Assembly (NCBI RefSeq): GCF_001194135.2 | Contig: NC_068995.1 | Location: 13,374,305-13,438,304, forward strand | From: Octopus bimaculoides | Lineage: Eukaryota | Reading direction: 5' to 3' | DNA: 64,000 nt | Shown here: in pieces, positions 1 to 10,448 of the stretch | Layout of the letters: every line of letters starts with the position of its first letter | Position numbering within the stretch: position 1 is the stretch's first letter | The notes under the pieces: generated by a model | The model's input: only the letters and a program-made list of their open reading frames with translations | Databases searched by the model: none | What the model was told of the DNA's origin: nothing | Position numbers and translations under genes: made by a program

Positions 1-344
1 CTAGTAAAAAACACCAGTCCAACGTTCCACACAGTGGGACTGAAACCGAAACCGTGTAGTTGGGATGATATGACTATCTCAATAAGCAAGTTAGTATTAG
101 CCTATTTAATTTATGAAGAATTAAAAAAAGATCTATCGCGAAATAAACATAATGAGAAAAATGATATTTAATCAATAACTAATATTACTATTTATTACAT
201 GATATTTTGCTTTATTTCACTACTAGCGATTGCTTTTTCAAATTTTTCTATTTACTATTTAAAAATTTTTCTCATGGCTGTGTGGTAAGAAGCTTGCTTC
301 CCAAGCACATGGTTCTGGGTTCAGTCCCACTGCCTGGCACTTTG

Positions 345-617
345 GTTAGAGTGTCAGTCTCGCAATCATGAGGTAGTGAGTTCAATTCTTGGACCGGGCT
401 GTGTGTGGTGTTCTTGAGCAAGACACTTTATTTCACATTGCTCCAGTTCACTCAGCTGTAGAAATGAGTTGCAATGTCACTAATGAAGAGGAGAGGCTAG
501 TATGTATGGGCAACTGCTGGTCTTCCATAAACAACCTTGCTCAAACTTATGCTCCGGAGGGGAACTTTCTAGGTGCAATCCCATGGTTATTCATGACCAA
601 AGGAGGTCTTTACCTTT
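345..617 (+). mobile_element. Old tRNA-headed SINE with CORE-like segment
   Basis: A/B-box-like tggttagagtgtc..gagttcaattc, then ttgagcaagacactttatttcacattgctccag. Preceded by a family A head at about 272-344. Confidence 0.55.
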
Positions 618-982
618 TATATCAGTTCAGACGCTACTCCTCCTCCACCTCCTTCAACATCAGAGTGTACTAGGTGCTTTTTTCCCATTCCGCCAGTACT
701 TGTGAGGTTGTCATGAAGCTCACAAGGCTACAAATCCCAGAAGGAGAGTGGGCTTCATGCTAGAAGATGAGAAGTTAAAGTATGAGAGAATGGAGCAGAA
801 CTTATTGTAGGGGAGCTACATGGCTATTCACATTTGAAGTGTGAGAGTAATCAGGACACACACACACACACATATAAATTCACTCACAAGGCTTTGGTCA
901 GCCCCAGAGCTACAGTAGAAGTCACTTGCCCAAGGTGCCAAACATTGAGACTGAACATGTGGTTGGGAAGTGAACTTCTTTG

Positions 983-1142
983 CGCAGAAGTGGCTGTGTG
1001 ATAAAAAGCTTGCTTCCCAACCACATGGTTCCAGGTTCAGTTCCACTGCATGACACCTTGGGTAAGTGTCTTCTACTATAGCCTCGGACTGACCAAAGTC
1101 TTGTGAGTGAATTTGGTAGACAGAAACTGAAAGAAGCCTGTC

Positions 1143-1231
<89 letters not shown>

Positions 1232-1812
1232 CATGTATGTATGTGGGGGTGCAATGGCCAAGTGGTTAGGGCACCAGGCTCATGGTTTTGATTCCCAGAC
1301 TGGGCCTTGTGAGTGTATATAGAATGAAAACACCTAAAGCTCCACAAAGCTTCGGCAGTGGGTGGTGGCAAACCCTGCTGTACTCTTTCACCACAATTTT
1401 CTCTCACTCTTTCTTCCTGTTTCTGTTGTACCTGTATTTCGAAGGGTCAGCCTTGTCACACGCTGTGTCACGCTGATTTTTCCGGAGAACTACGTTAAGG
1501 GGTACACGTGTCTGTGGAGTGCTCAGCCACTTGCAGGTTCATATCACGAGCAGGCTGTTCCATTGATCAGATCAACTGGAAAACTCGTCGCCGTGCCGCA
1601 TGTATGCATTTGTATCTCTGCTTGTTCTTCCCCACCACCACCATCGCTTGACAACCGATGTTGGTGTGTTTACGTCCCCGTAACTTAGCGGTTCGACAAG
1701 AGACCGATACAATAAGTTCTAGGCTTACAAAGAATAAGTCATGGGGTCTATTTGTCCGACTAAAGGCGGTGCTCGAGCATGGCCGCAGTCAAATGACTGA
1801 AAAAGTAAAAGA
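983..1812 (+). mobile_element. SINE family A copy interrupted by a family B SINE
   Basis: Head gtggctgtgtg..ggttcagttcc, CORE-like ccttgggtaagtgtcttctactatagcc, central (TA)n, and 3' tail ..gactgaaaagtaaaag resuming after 1599. Confidence 0.8.
1245..1598 (+). mobile_element. SINE family B copy nested in family A
   Basis: tRNA-like head tggccaagtggttagggc; body matches the 16826-17211 copy; flanked by catgtatg (1232-1239, 1599-1606). Confidence 0.8.
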
Positions 1813-1993
1813 ATATATATATATATATATATATTAAGTTAATATTTGGCTTTATGTTCATTTGTAATAAATACAATTTCACATTAACCTGATGTACAAT
1901 ATAAATTTATCATTCTTAATGTTAACAGTGACTTCGAAGTTTCCGCCAGCTACGCCATCTTTAGACTGTCATATGCACACACATATACATATA

Positions 1994-2231
1994 ATGTAAG
2001 GATAAAATCTTTATAAGAATTATCAAGTAGTCAGCGTAAAAAAACCTCATAAGGAAAAAAAACCATCATTTTTTTACATAAATATATATATATAATTTAA
2101 TTTATATAAGGGCATTACAATACAATAATGCCTCACGCTTAGAGGGACTGCTTATTTTGGTAGTTTTGATTTATGAAGTCCCTCTAAGCGTGAGGTATTA
2201 TTGTATAGTAATGCCCTTATATAAATTAAAT
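1994..2231. mobile_element. Unclassified 238-bp insertion with 56-bp internal inverted repeat and 20-bp flanking direct repeats
   Basis: tgcacacacatatacatata is identical at 1974-1993 and 2232-2251. Arms 2094-2149 and 2177-2232 are complementary at 54/56. Confidence 0.6.
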
Positions 2232-2260
2232 TGCACACACATATACATATAGATTTTTTA

Positions 2261-2486
2261 GGTACTACTAAAGCAGCACGGTCCCGAACGCGCAGTCGCG
2301 CTAGCTAGTTATGAGTGGTCGATCCTAATCCTAATCCTAACCCTAAACACGTATTCATTTGCACACGCGGGATAGGGATAGGGTTAGGGTTAGGGTTAGG
2401 GATAGGGTTAGGGTTAGGGTTAGGGTTAGGGTTAGGATCGACCACTCGCAACTGCGCGTTCGGGACCGTGCTGCTTTAGTAGTTCC
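2261..2486. mobile_element. Foldback MITE, Mutator/MULE-like, with internal telomeric repeats
   Basis: 36-bp TIRs (2261-2296 / 2451-2486, 35/36 match), GG..CC ends, identical 9-bp TSD GATTTTTTA (2252-2260, 2487-2495), second inverted block 2313-2328 / 2432-2447. Confidence 0.85.
2369..2434 (+). repeat. (GGGTTA/GGGATA)11 telomere-type array
   Basis: 8 GGGTTA and 3 GGGATA hexamers; opposite-polarity (TCCTAA)3CCCTAA at 2323-2346. Confidence 0.95.
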
Positions 2487-3596
2487 GATTTTTTATGCAC
2501 ACACAGTGGATGCTGGTCTAGTTTCACACTGGGTGAAATGCAGTTAGGTTATGATGGCAAAACCGGAAAGCAGAAACTCGGAATAGTAACTCATGCAGAC
2601 TGAGCTTTGAACACACATACACACAAACAAACACACGCAAACACAGAACGTCGCGAGCAAGGGAAACTCCGGGAAGACGAGACCGGTGACCCGGTTTCGA
2701 TTTACCATTGAAACAAGTTCACTTCATCTACGTTGGAAAAGCTTGAACGTTACAATATTGCATTCCACCTTACGCTCTTTTAATAGAGTGATGCTTAGCC
2801 TTGTCAAAATGAAAAAAAAATTAACAAAACGAAAATAGCCAAAGAAATATTGAAAATAGTGAAAAGAAAAGTTGTGCGGATTATTTGAAATTGATAAGCG
2901 CAAAGAGCGACGTGTAGTGCCCTCTATGTATGCTGTTGAGAAAGGGTAGGTAACTGGTGGCATCGTTGCTGATAATTTACCATTTCATTATGACAGTCAG
3001 CGGTGGTGCTGTCATAATGAACAGTGTTGTGGTTAAATAACAAAGAATAAGAAATAGCAAACTAAAGAAGGATCTGTTTAACCGAACCAATTGCGAATCT
3101 ATAATAATAACAAAGTAGATTTCTTGACATGGAAAAATATGCTTTGTCAGAGACAAATAGATATATATTTTTTTATATATAAGTGTTGTCTAGTATAAGT
3201 TTACCTTTGTTTTCACTTTTAATGTTTCTGTAGTTTCTTTTTACGATCTCTTTCTCTCTCTCTCTATTTACTTACAATAATACAGCTACAATACAAACAT
3301 GACACGCGCACTTTCATTCAAGAAATACACGAAGAAACAAAACTATTTTACGCTACCATGAATCAGGTTATGATATCACATTCCCTAAACATTTGGAAAG
3401 CTACTCTGAACTACAGTGTAACTAAGTTGAAACGAACACCTACCTCGCTTCTACGTTGAAGACTGGAATAATTGATGTCGACTTCTCATCAAGGATTTAC
3501 TATCTCTTTATCTTTCTCGTCCATTATTGTTAGACTTGGACAAAACTATTCCGGCATTGATGCTTTTCCAGCTGGGCAATACTCTCTTGTTGGAAG

Positions 3597-3610
3597 ATGG
3601 TCAACATTCG
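3597..3610 (+). CDS. STIMATE: STIMATE/TMEM110 coding exon 1 (start; MVNI + 2 nt of R)
   Basis: ATG 3597 has strong context (aagATGg) and an in-frame TGA upstream at 3558-3560. It is followed by a consensus donor TCG|GTGAGT at 3610/3611, and splicing to 3706 keeps the STIMATE frame. Inferred from signals only; no transcript data. Confidence 0.62.
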
Positions 3611-3705
3611 GTGAGTGTTGTCGCACAAGAATTGACACAGCGTCAGCTAGTTAACATAACAAGCCTCAATGGGTCTTCGGCTACTTCGTTTCTATTGTTT
3701 TCTAG
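3611..3705 (+). other. 95-nt intron 1 of STIMATE
   Basis: GTGAGT donor; pyrimidine tract cttcgtttctattgttttctag ending at 3705; no AG between 3664 and 3703. Confidence 0.62.
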
Positions 3706-3893
3706 ACTGTTCCCGTCCCGTGCCAATAACACCCGGTACTCACACCAAGTGCCTGCCTCAACCCGTCTTCCATCTGACACTACAGAAGCGAAACTACTCA
3801 TGGATGTACGATGTTCCCCGGGAGATTTACTCGGACCGTTGGGTCTCTTCGTGCAAGCCTTGCTGGCTTTCCTTGCTTTCACCACACTCATAG
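3706..3893 (+). CDS. STIMATE: STIMATE/TMEM110 coding exon 2 (..MDVRCSPGDLLGPLGLFVQALLAFLAFTTLI; first TM segment)
   Basis: Aligns by eye to human TMEM110 [28 protein letters not shown]. Phase-1 donor G|GTAAAA at 3893/3894 joins exon 3 in frame. The 5' boundary depends on intron 1. Confidence 0.9.
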
Positions 3894-5129
3894 GTAAAAT
3901 GATTTTTAATTTTACGCACAACGTACGCGCTTTATAGTTTGTTTGTTTTTTTTCCTTTTCCCCCTAAACAGTTTTTAAAAAAATGATAATCTTTGCTTCT
4001 CACGCAATGAATGATTGAGAAAATGTGTGTTCAGTTACCCGGAACAAAGTTAATTAATACATATATGTATGAGTAGTTGAACAATAGAAATTGTGATAAT
4101 TAATCACGATTTGTGTTGGCGAAAAGTAACACAAATAGTTACAATAATGGAATAAAATTTATTTCATTGTATGTACGTATTAGCATAATATTTAAATTTT
4201 ACCTACAAAAACATACAAATTTTAAATATACAAGACATTTTCCTTTAATTGCCCGAATGATTGAAAATTTGGTTTGCTTTTTTTTTTCTTTCATTTTCAT
4301 ATCTTCTTTCTGTGTAACTAAATGAAAAAAGAAAATTTGTTTTTAAAAAATAGTTTATAGAAATGATAGCTAAATTTTTCTCATTTTAATAACCAGTACA
4401 AGCCAACATCTTTTTGTGTTTTGCATGCAAAACTTAAGGGCTACCCACCCATACCTCAGAGACATTATTTAATAAGTTATTTAATCCACTTCAACTCATC
4501 CAGAATTAATCTTTCGTTCACTAATCCTATTTTTATTTATTTATTTCTAAAGCCATTCCAATTACCCCTAGACTTTAGGTCACAAAATCGATTTCTTAAA
4601 TGTTTTCAATGAAAAAGAAAAGGGAAAAGGAAAGAAAAAGCAGGGTAGACTATAATCGAATTAGTGTAATCAAGTACCATTATTACTTTAATACAGCTTT
4701 GTCTGAAACACTGCTACCCGTCTATTGTATATACCTATCTACCCATCACAAACTCCTGTAACAATATAATGCACGTGGATCTCTTATTGCTCTGACTTTA
4801 TAAAACTTTTGTAGTTTTCCTTTCCAAAGGTAAAAGTGTTCATCGATTTTAATACAAACAACTAAAGCGAGCAGTGAACCGTTATCGATCTGATCATCTC
4901 TCTACACATGTAACGAATAGCACGTATATATAACATAACATGCTTGCTGACTCTTCTATTGCGTATTTTATTAGCACATGGCCCCTCTCTATCTCTTCCT
5001 CTCTCTCTCTTTCTCTATCTCCCTCAAATGGCTTCAATCAGAACTTTACATATTCTTAGATAACACAGGGAGTTCTAGATTCTCATTTATAAGCTTAATT
5101 AGTATCCATTTACTGTTGTCATTGATTGC

Positions 5130-5345
5130 TGTTTAACCCCAGACCACGCAACTACACCCCATGTCAACTCTGATCTTGCAGACCTTACGATCAAAGGCAG
5201 TCCAGCCGTGACTGTACTGTCTTGGATTCCTTCCAAAGTCGGCGTATATTTATGACCACGTTATCCAATGTCATGTTGTGTTTTTAGGGTGTGATTTGAG
5301 GGAAATTGGCTGCTATTTCTAACAGACTGAAGCTTCCTTATTAGC
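5130..5345. mobile_element. Repeat family E (probable SINE), one of about 5 nearby copies
   Basis: Shared motifs gtttaaccccag.. and gtgtgatttgagg..gctgctatttcta; other copies near 6055, 6262, 7843 and 11982. Confidence 0.55.
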
Positions 5346-7424
5346 TCATTTAAAGTCTTATGAGGTTTACTTTTTTCTATTTATTGAAATATTTTCCGAA
5401 CTCTTTGTTAATTCATTAAATTCGGTTTTTCTACGTCTTTTTAGAACAAATCAATTCTTTTTTTCTTACGTAGACAAAGCAGTCGAAACATTAATTGTGT
5501 ATAGATCATTGGTAGTTGGCTAATCAAGAGCGCCTGTTTTTAGTTAATGTCTTCGACACTGGAATTCTTCGTTTTAGCCAAAGAACTTTAACGAAAATGT
5601 GGAGGCGACGTAGTTTCCTTTGACTGTGAAGAATTAGGGTAATTTATGTTGTTACTATATCAAATTTTATTAAATATTATCCTTGAAATTCTATCTACAA
5701 AATAAACACAAACATTGACAGACTCGCTTAATATTTATTATGTTCCATCTAGAAATTTTAATATATTCGATAATAATAATTAAAAAAATGTTTCTTCACG
5801 AACATTTCATTTGGTTTTACACAAAAAGAAAGAAAATCTCAATTTTTGCTTAGTTTACTGGGAGGTGATAAGTCTTGTAATTTATTTTAGGTCTTAAGAG
5901 GCAAAACGCGTTGGTTATCTATTCTGTATATTTTTGTATGTTCATAAAAATTCTACGAACTTTCCAGCTCGTCTTTGGTGTCCTTAGAATCATGATAATG
6001 ATTATCATCATCATCATCATCATCATCGGTTACACTTAGTCATAGTTAATGTGGTTTAACCCTCGGGTCATCTCGAACTGACGTGTGATCTAAAGCGGGT
6101 CAGCTGTGACCATCTTGTGTTTTATCCACTGTGTCCTTCCTCTCCTAAGACGATAGGATGTAATAAGAAGGAAAAATTTACCTGCTCTCTCTAGCAGGTC
6201 GCGTTACCATATAGCATCTCCCTTGTTTGCTTGCATTCTATAGGTTTTACTGCTGCTGCTATTTAACCCCAGGTGAACAACACTGATCGAGCAGAACCAT
6301 GATTAAAAACATTCCCAGTATAACCATTTATCCTTTTTCTCTTCTTATTCTCCAGACTTTATATATCTAGGATTAACATTATCTTATGAATCATTTTAAA
6401 AAGACGGTAGGCTGTAACTTATAGGAGGTTTAGCTGTTATTTCTAGCATTTTTTTAATTTACTCATAGAACCCTTTCCTTATATTAAAATACTTTTCCTT
6501 GATGTAACTATTTCCCTTTCTCTCTAGTAATACTCAGCTGTAATATGCTTCTTTCTAGGTGCCTCATTAGTTTTTCAAGTATTTCCTCTTACCACTGTTA
6601 TTTACTGTCAGTCAGCCAACAAGGATATTTCATGAAAGACTACGAGTTTCTTAAACTTCTTTCAGCAAGCATCTTGTAGAAGAGAAAGCCTTCACGCATT
6701 TCGCGCGACCTGCTCCGATTTGAGATCGCCAACTCAAACAATCTCTCATATCAAAAAGTACCTGCTTTAATAAAGCGATTTTCGGTTAAAAAGGAACACA
6801 CTACATTAATGTAGTCCTAGATACACTAAGCTTGAATGCCTTTGATGTTAGGCCTTTTTCAGTCAGGGCAGACTTCGAACTTCTACTACTACTATTTATC
6901 CTAATTCTTCGCATATTTTCTTCCAGCATAAATCTTCGCCCATTCCTCAATAACAACAACAGAAACTTTTAATTCATAACTACATTAGGTAAGAACACGG
7001 AATCAAGGGATAAAAAAGGTATAAAAAACAAAAATAAATAAAAGAATTGGAAATTTTTCGTGGGGAAAAAAATTCTTTCGGAATCGTAATTCCATTTGCA
7101 TGAAACACAGTAATATGATATATATATATATATTCTGTGTCCTTTTCCTTCGCAATAACTATTCTATTATAGCTCCGCCGTGTAAGTCCTTGTAATGTTG
7201 TCCTTGTGTCAACTATAGAAATTGCTTATTGAGTTCAAATCCTGCTGAGGTCAACTTTGCTTTTTATCCTTTCGGTGGTGGTGGTGGTGGGGGGGTCGAT
7301 AAAATAAGATACCAGTCGAGTACTAGGGACAATGGCATCGATTAATCCCTTTCCCTTAAAATTACTGGCCTTGTGCCAAAATTTGAAATAATAATAATAA
7401 TAATCATTATTATTATTATTACAT

Positions 7425-7620
7425 ACAAATGCGGCGAGCTGGAAGAACCGTTGGCAAGCCGGATAAAATGCTTAGCGGCATTTCGTCCGTCTTTACGTTC
7501 TGAGTTCAAATTCCGCCGAGATCAACTTTGTCTTTCATCCTTTCGGGGTCCATAAAATAAGTACTGGGGTCAATATAATCGACTTCTTTCGAAATTGCTG
7601 GTTCTGTGCCAAAATGAAAT
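7425..7620 (+). mobile_element. SINE family D copy
   Basis: ggcgagctgg..aaatgcttagcgg..tctgagttcaaattccgccgag..tttcatcctttcggggtc..ataaaataagtac. An older copy lies just upstream (about 7200-7385). Confidence 0.7.
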
Positions 7621-8545
7621 ATTATTATTAGTATTATTACATTCACGTATATAAATAATACATCTGTGTGTTGACATGTATCTGTACGTGTATAATGTAC
7701 TTATATATATTTTATATGTGTACGTGTGTGTGTGTATGGATATGTGTTGGTATATGCATATGTGTATAACAACAACGCAAAAAAATGTAACCCTACCTCA
7801 AACGACTTATGGGGGGGAAAAATTATCGTTGGCCGTCAACCCTAAACCCAGGTTAGACTTACCCTAACCGAGCAGACGTATAACAAAAGGAGCCCTGACA
7901 TAACCCTATCATTTTACCATTTCTTTTTCACCAGACACTATGTATCTGGTAACCGCATTATCTCAATGTATCCTTCCTTGTATAAAACACTAGGGTGTGA
8001 TTTCAGAAATATTTAACTGCTATTTTTAGCAGGTCAATGCAGCCACCTAGACATAGAGTACAATGGTAATTAAATTATGCTGTAGAGCCATAAAAATCGT
8101 TGTTGTTTTTATATTTTCCTCTTGCTGTTTTCAGTTTGGCAAGATATCTATATGATCTAAAGATATTAAAGATAAGACGCTTTCTTCCGAGTAGTCATAT
8201 TGACTGTATACACAAATATTTATATTATATTGACTTGGTTATTTTTGTTACAATAGTTACATAATTTACTTAACATCATTCTTTGGTTGTTCATTTACGA
8301 TCTAGTCTTTGAAATTAGATCAATCTGTATCTTGTGTGTTGTCTGGAGGAGATGTCAGTACCGTTTACAAGTGGAAATGAAAACTATTTGAAACACTAGC
8401 ATACCTGTGTCATCAAAATTGATGATAGAAAATGGTGTATCAAAGCAATGGGAGAAACCATTGCTAAATGCCAGCAATTGAGTAATTAAATATATGTACA
8501 ATACACTGTTGAATTGAAGCACAGTTGTAATGGTTGAAAATATTA

Positions 8546-9190
8546 TTGTTGTTGTTGGCACTCCGTCACTTACGACGACGAGAGTTCCAGTTGATCCGAT
8601 CAACGGAACAGCCTGCTCGTGAAATTAACATGCAAGTGGCTGAGCACTCCACAGACACGTGTACCCTTAACGTAGTTCTCGGGGATATTCAGCGTGACAC
8701 AGAGTGACAAGGCTGACCCTTTGAATTACAGGTACAACAGAAACAGGAAGTAAGAATGAGAGAAAGTTGTGGTGAAAGAGTACAGCAGGGTTCACCACCA
8801 TCCCCTGCCGGAGCCTGGTGGAGCTTTAGGTGTTTTTCGCTCAATAAACACTCACAACGCCCGGTCTGGGAATCGAAACCGCGATCCTATGACCGCGAGT
8901 CNNNNNNNNNNACACGTGTACCCTTAACGTAGTTCTCGGGGATATTCAGCGTGACACAGAGTGACAAGGCTGACCCTTTGAATTACAGGTACAACAGAAA
9001 CAGGAAGTAAGAATGAGAGAAAGTTGTGGTGAAAGAGTACAGCAGGGTTCACCACCATCCCCTGCCGGAGCCTGGTGGAGCTTTAGGTGTTTTTCGCTCA
9101 ATAAACACTCACAAAGCCCGGTCTGGGAATCGAAACCGCGATCCTATGACCGCGAGTCCGCTGCCCTAACCACTGGGCCATTGCGCCTCC
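8546..9190 (-). mobile_element. SINE family B, single copy inflated by an assembly overlap at gap 8902-8911
   Basis: 14-bp TSD ggttgaaaatatta (8532-8545, 9191-9204); (caa)n tail; 8655-8901 is repeated as 8912-9158. Confidence 0.9.
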
Positions 9191-9535
9191 GGTTGAAAAT
9201 ATTAACACCCTCGTAATATATACGAAACCTCCACTTTTGCATGCTCTCATGGATCAGACAGATTTCATACAGCCAAATGCCCTCCCCATCACCAACCCTT
9301 ACCTCTTTCCAAGTAAGGTAATATTTTGCCCTACCCAAACATGATCCTGTGGAAGATTGAATAGCTCTTGCATGACAGCAACACTTGCTTACAACTATTT
9401 CCTAATGTCAAGGCAATGAGACAGTAAAACTTAAATGCTACGTGAGCAATGATACTTTGAAAGCAAAAGAGATTAATATTTAATTTCATATATTAATATG
9501 CATGTGATATAGATATTATTTACAATAAAACTTTA

Positions 9536-9936
9536 GGCGTAGGAGTGGCTGTGTGGTAAGTAGCTTGCTAACCAACCACATGGTTCCGGGTTCATTCCTA
9601 CTGCGTGGTACCTTGGGCAAGTGTCTTCTACTAAAGCTTCAGGCCGACCAATGCCTTGTGAGTGGATTTGGTCGACGGAAACTGAAAGAAGCCCGTCGTA
9701 TATATGTATGTGTGTGTATATGTTTATGTGTCTGTTTCCCCTCCCCCTAACATCGCTTGACAACCGATGGTGGTGTGTTTGCATCCCCATAACTTAGCGG
9801 TTCGGCGAAAGAGCCCGATAGAATAAGTACTAGGCTTCCAAAGAATAAGTCCTGGGGTCAATTTGCTCGACTTAAGGCGGTGCTCCAGCATGGCCACAGT
9901 CAAATGACTGAAACAAGTAAAAGAGTAAAAGAGTAA
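9536..9936 (+). mobile_element. SINE family A, full length
   Basis: ggcgtaggagtggctgtgtgg head, CORE-like segment, (TA/TG) centre, (aagagtaa)n tail. Confidence 0.9.
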
Positions 9937-10448
9937 TGGCAATAAAAATTAGTTAAAAAGCATTTACACTTCCTCAATTACAGACTATAACAGAATGTCG
10001 ATATTTCCCTTTAAAATTATTTAAGACAGCTCAACAACACTGTAGGGTCCAGAGCAATGCAATATCCTGAGACCCCTTTAAACGCAATTACAACACACAT
10101 AGATTTCCATTGGATCCCTAAACCCCTGGTGCCTCTGACAAGTGTTCAGTGTGCCCATACCTTAAAATGGCTCTGGGGCAATGGCAAGACTGAGTTATTA
10201 AAGCAGTTAAGCACTCTCAAAGCATCATGCAATACTCTCACTAGGACACCAAACATCAGAAATCTGGAAAATATAGTTCGTCAGAGTTATTTTGGTAATC
10301 ACTGTCATTTGTTTTACCTGACTGTTGTGTTGATTTCACACATTGGCGAGAGGCCACCTGTAAAAGGAAGGAGAGTACAGTCGATTGATTTGACCCTTGG
10401 TGTCAAGACTATCACTTGTTGGAAGACATAAAAGGTTGTCTTGAATGT

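Noticed and set aside
922-1688. Recurrent ORFs such as MRENCGERVQQG.., ..[17 protein letters not shown].., ..[12 protein letters not shown]..
   Set aside because: Translations of SINE families A and B, repeated with stops and frameshifts throughout the window.
2323-2436. Head-to-head telomeric repeats as a chromosome fusion scar
   Set aside because: The arrays are enclosed by 36-bp TIRs and a 9-bp TSD, so transposition explains them.
3643-3921. 92-aa minus-strand ORF
   Set aside because: Antisense shadow of a GC-richer coding exon; no recognisable homology.
3527-3937. 136-aa ORF taken as a single-exon protein
   Set aside because: It starts at TTG and runs past the donor at 3893/3894. Only 3706-3893 is firmly coding; the retained-intron reading is reported as a hypothesis.
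8655-9158. Apparent tandem SINE B dimer
   Set aside because: A 247-bp duplicate across a 10-N gap with one TSD pair around the whole; contig-overlap artefact.
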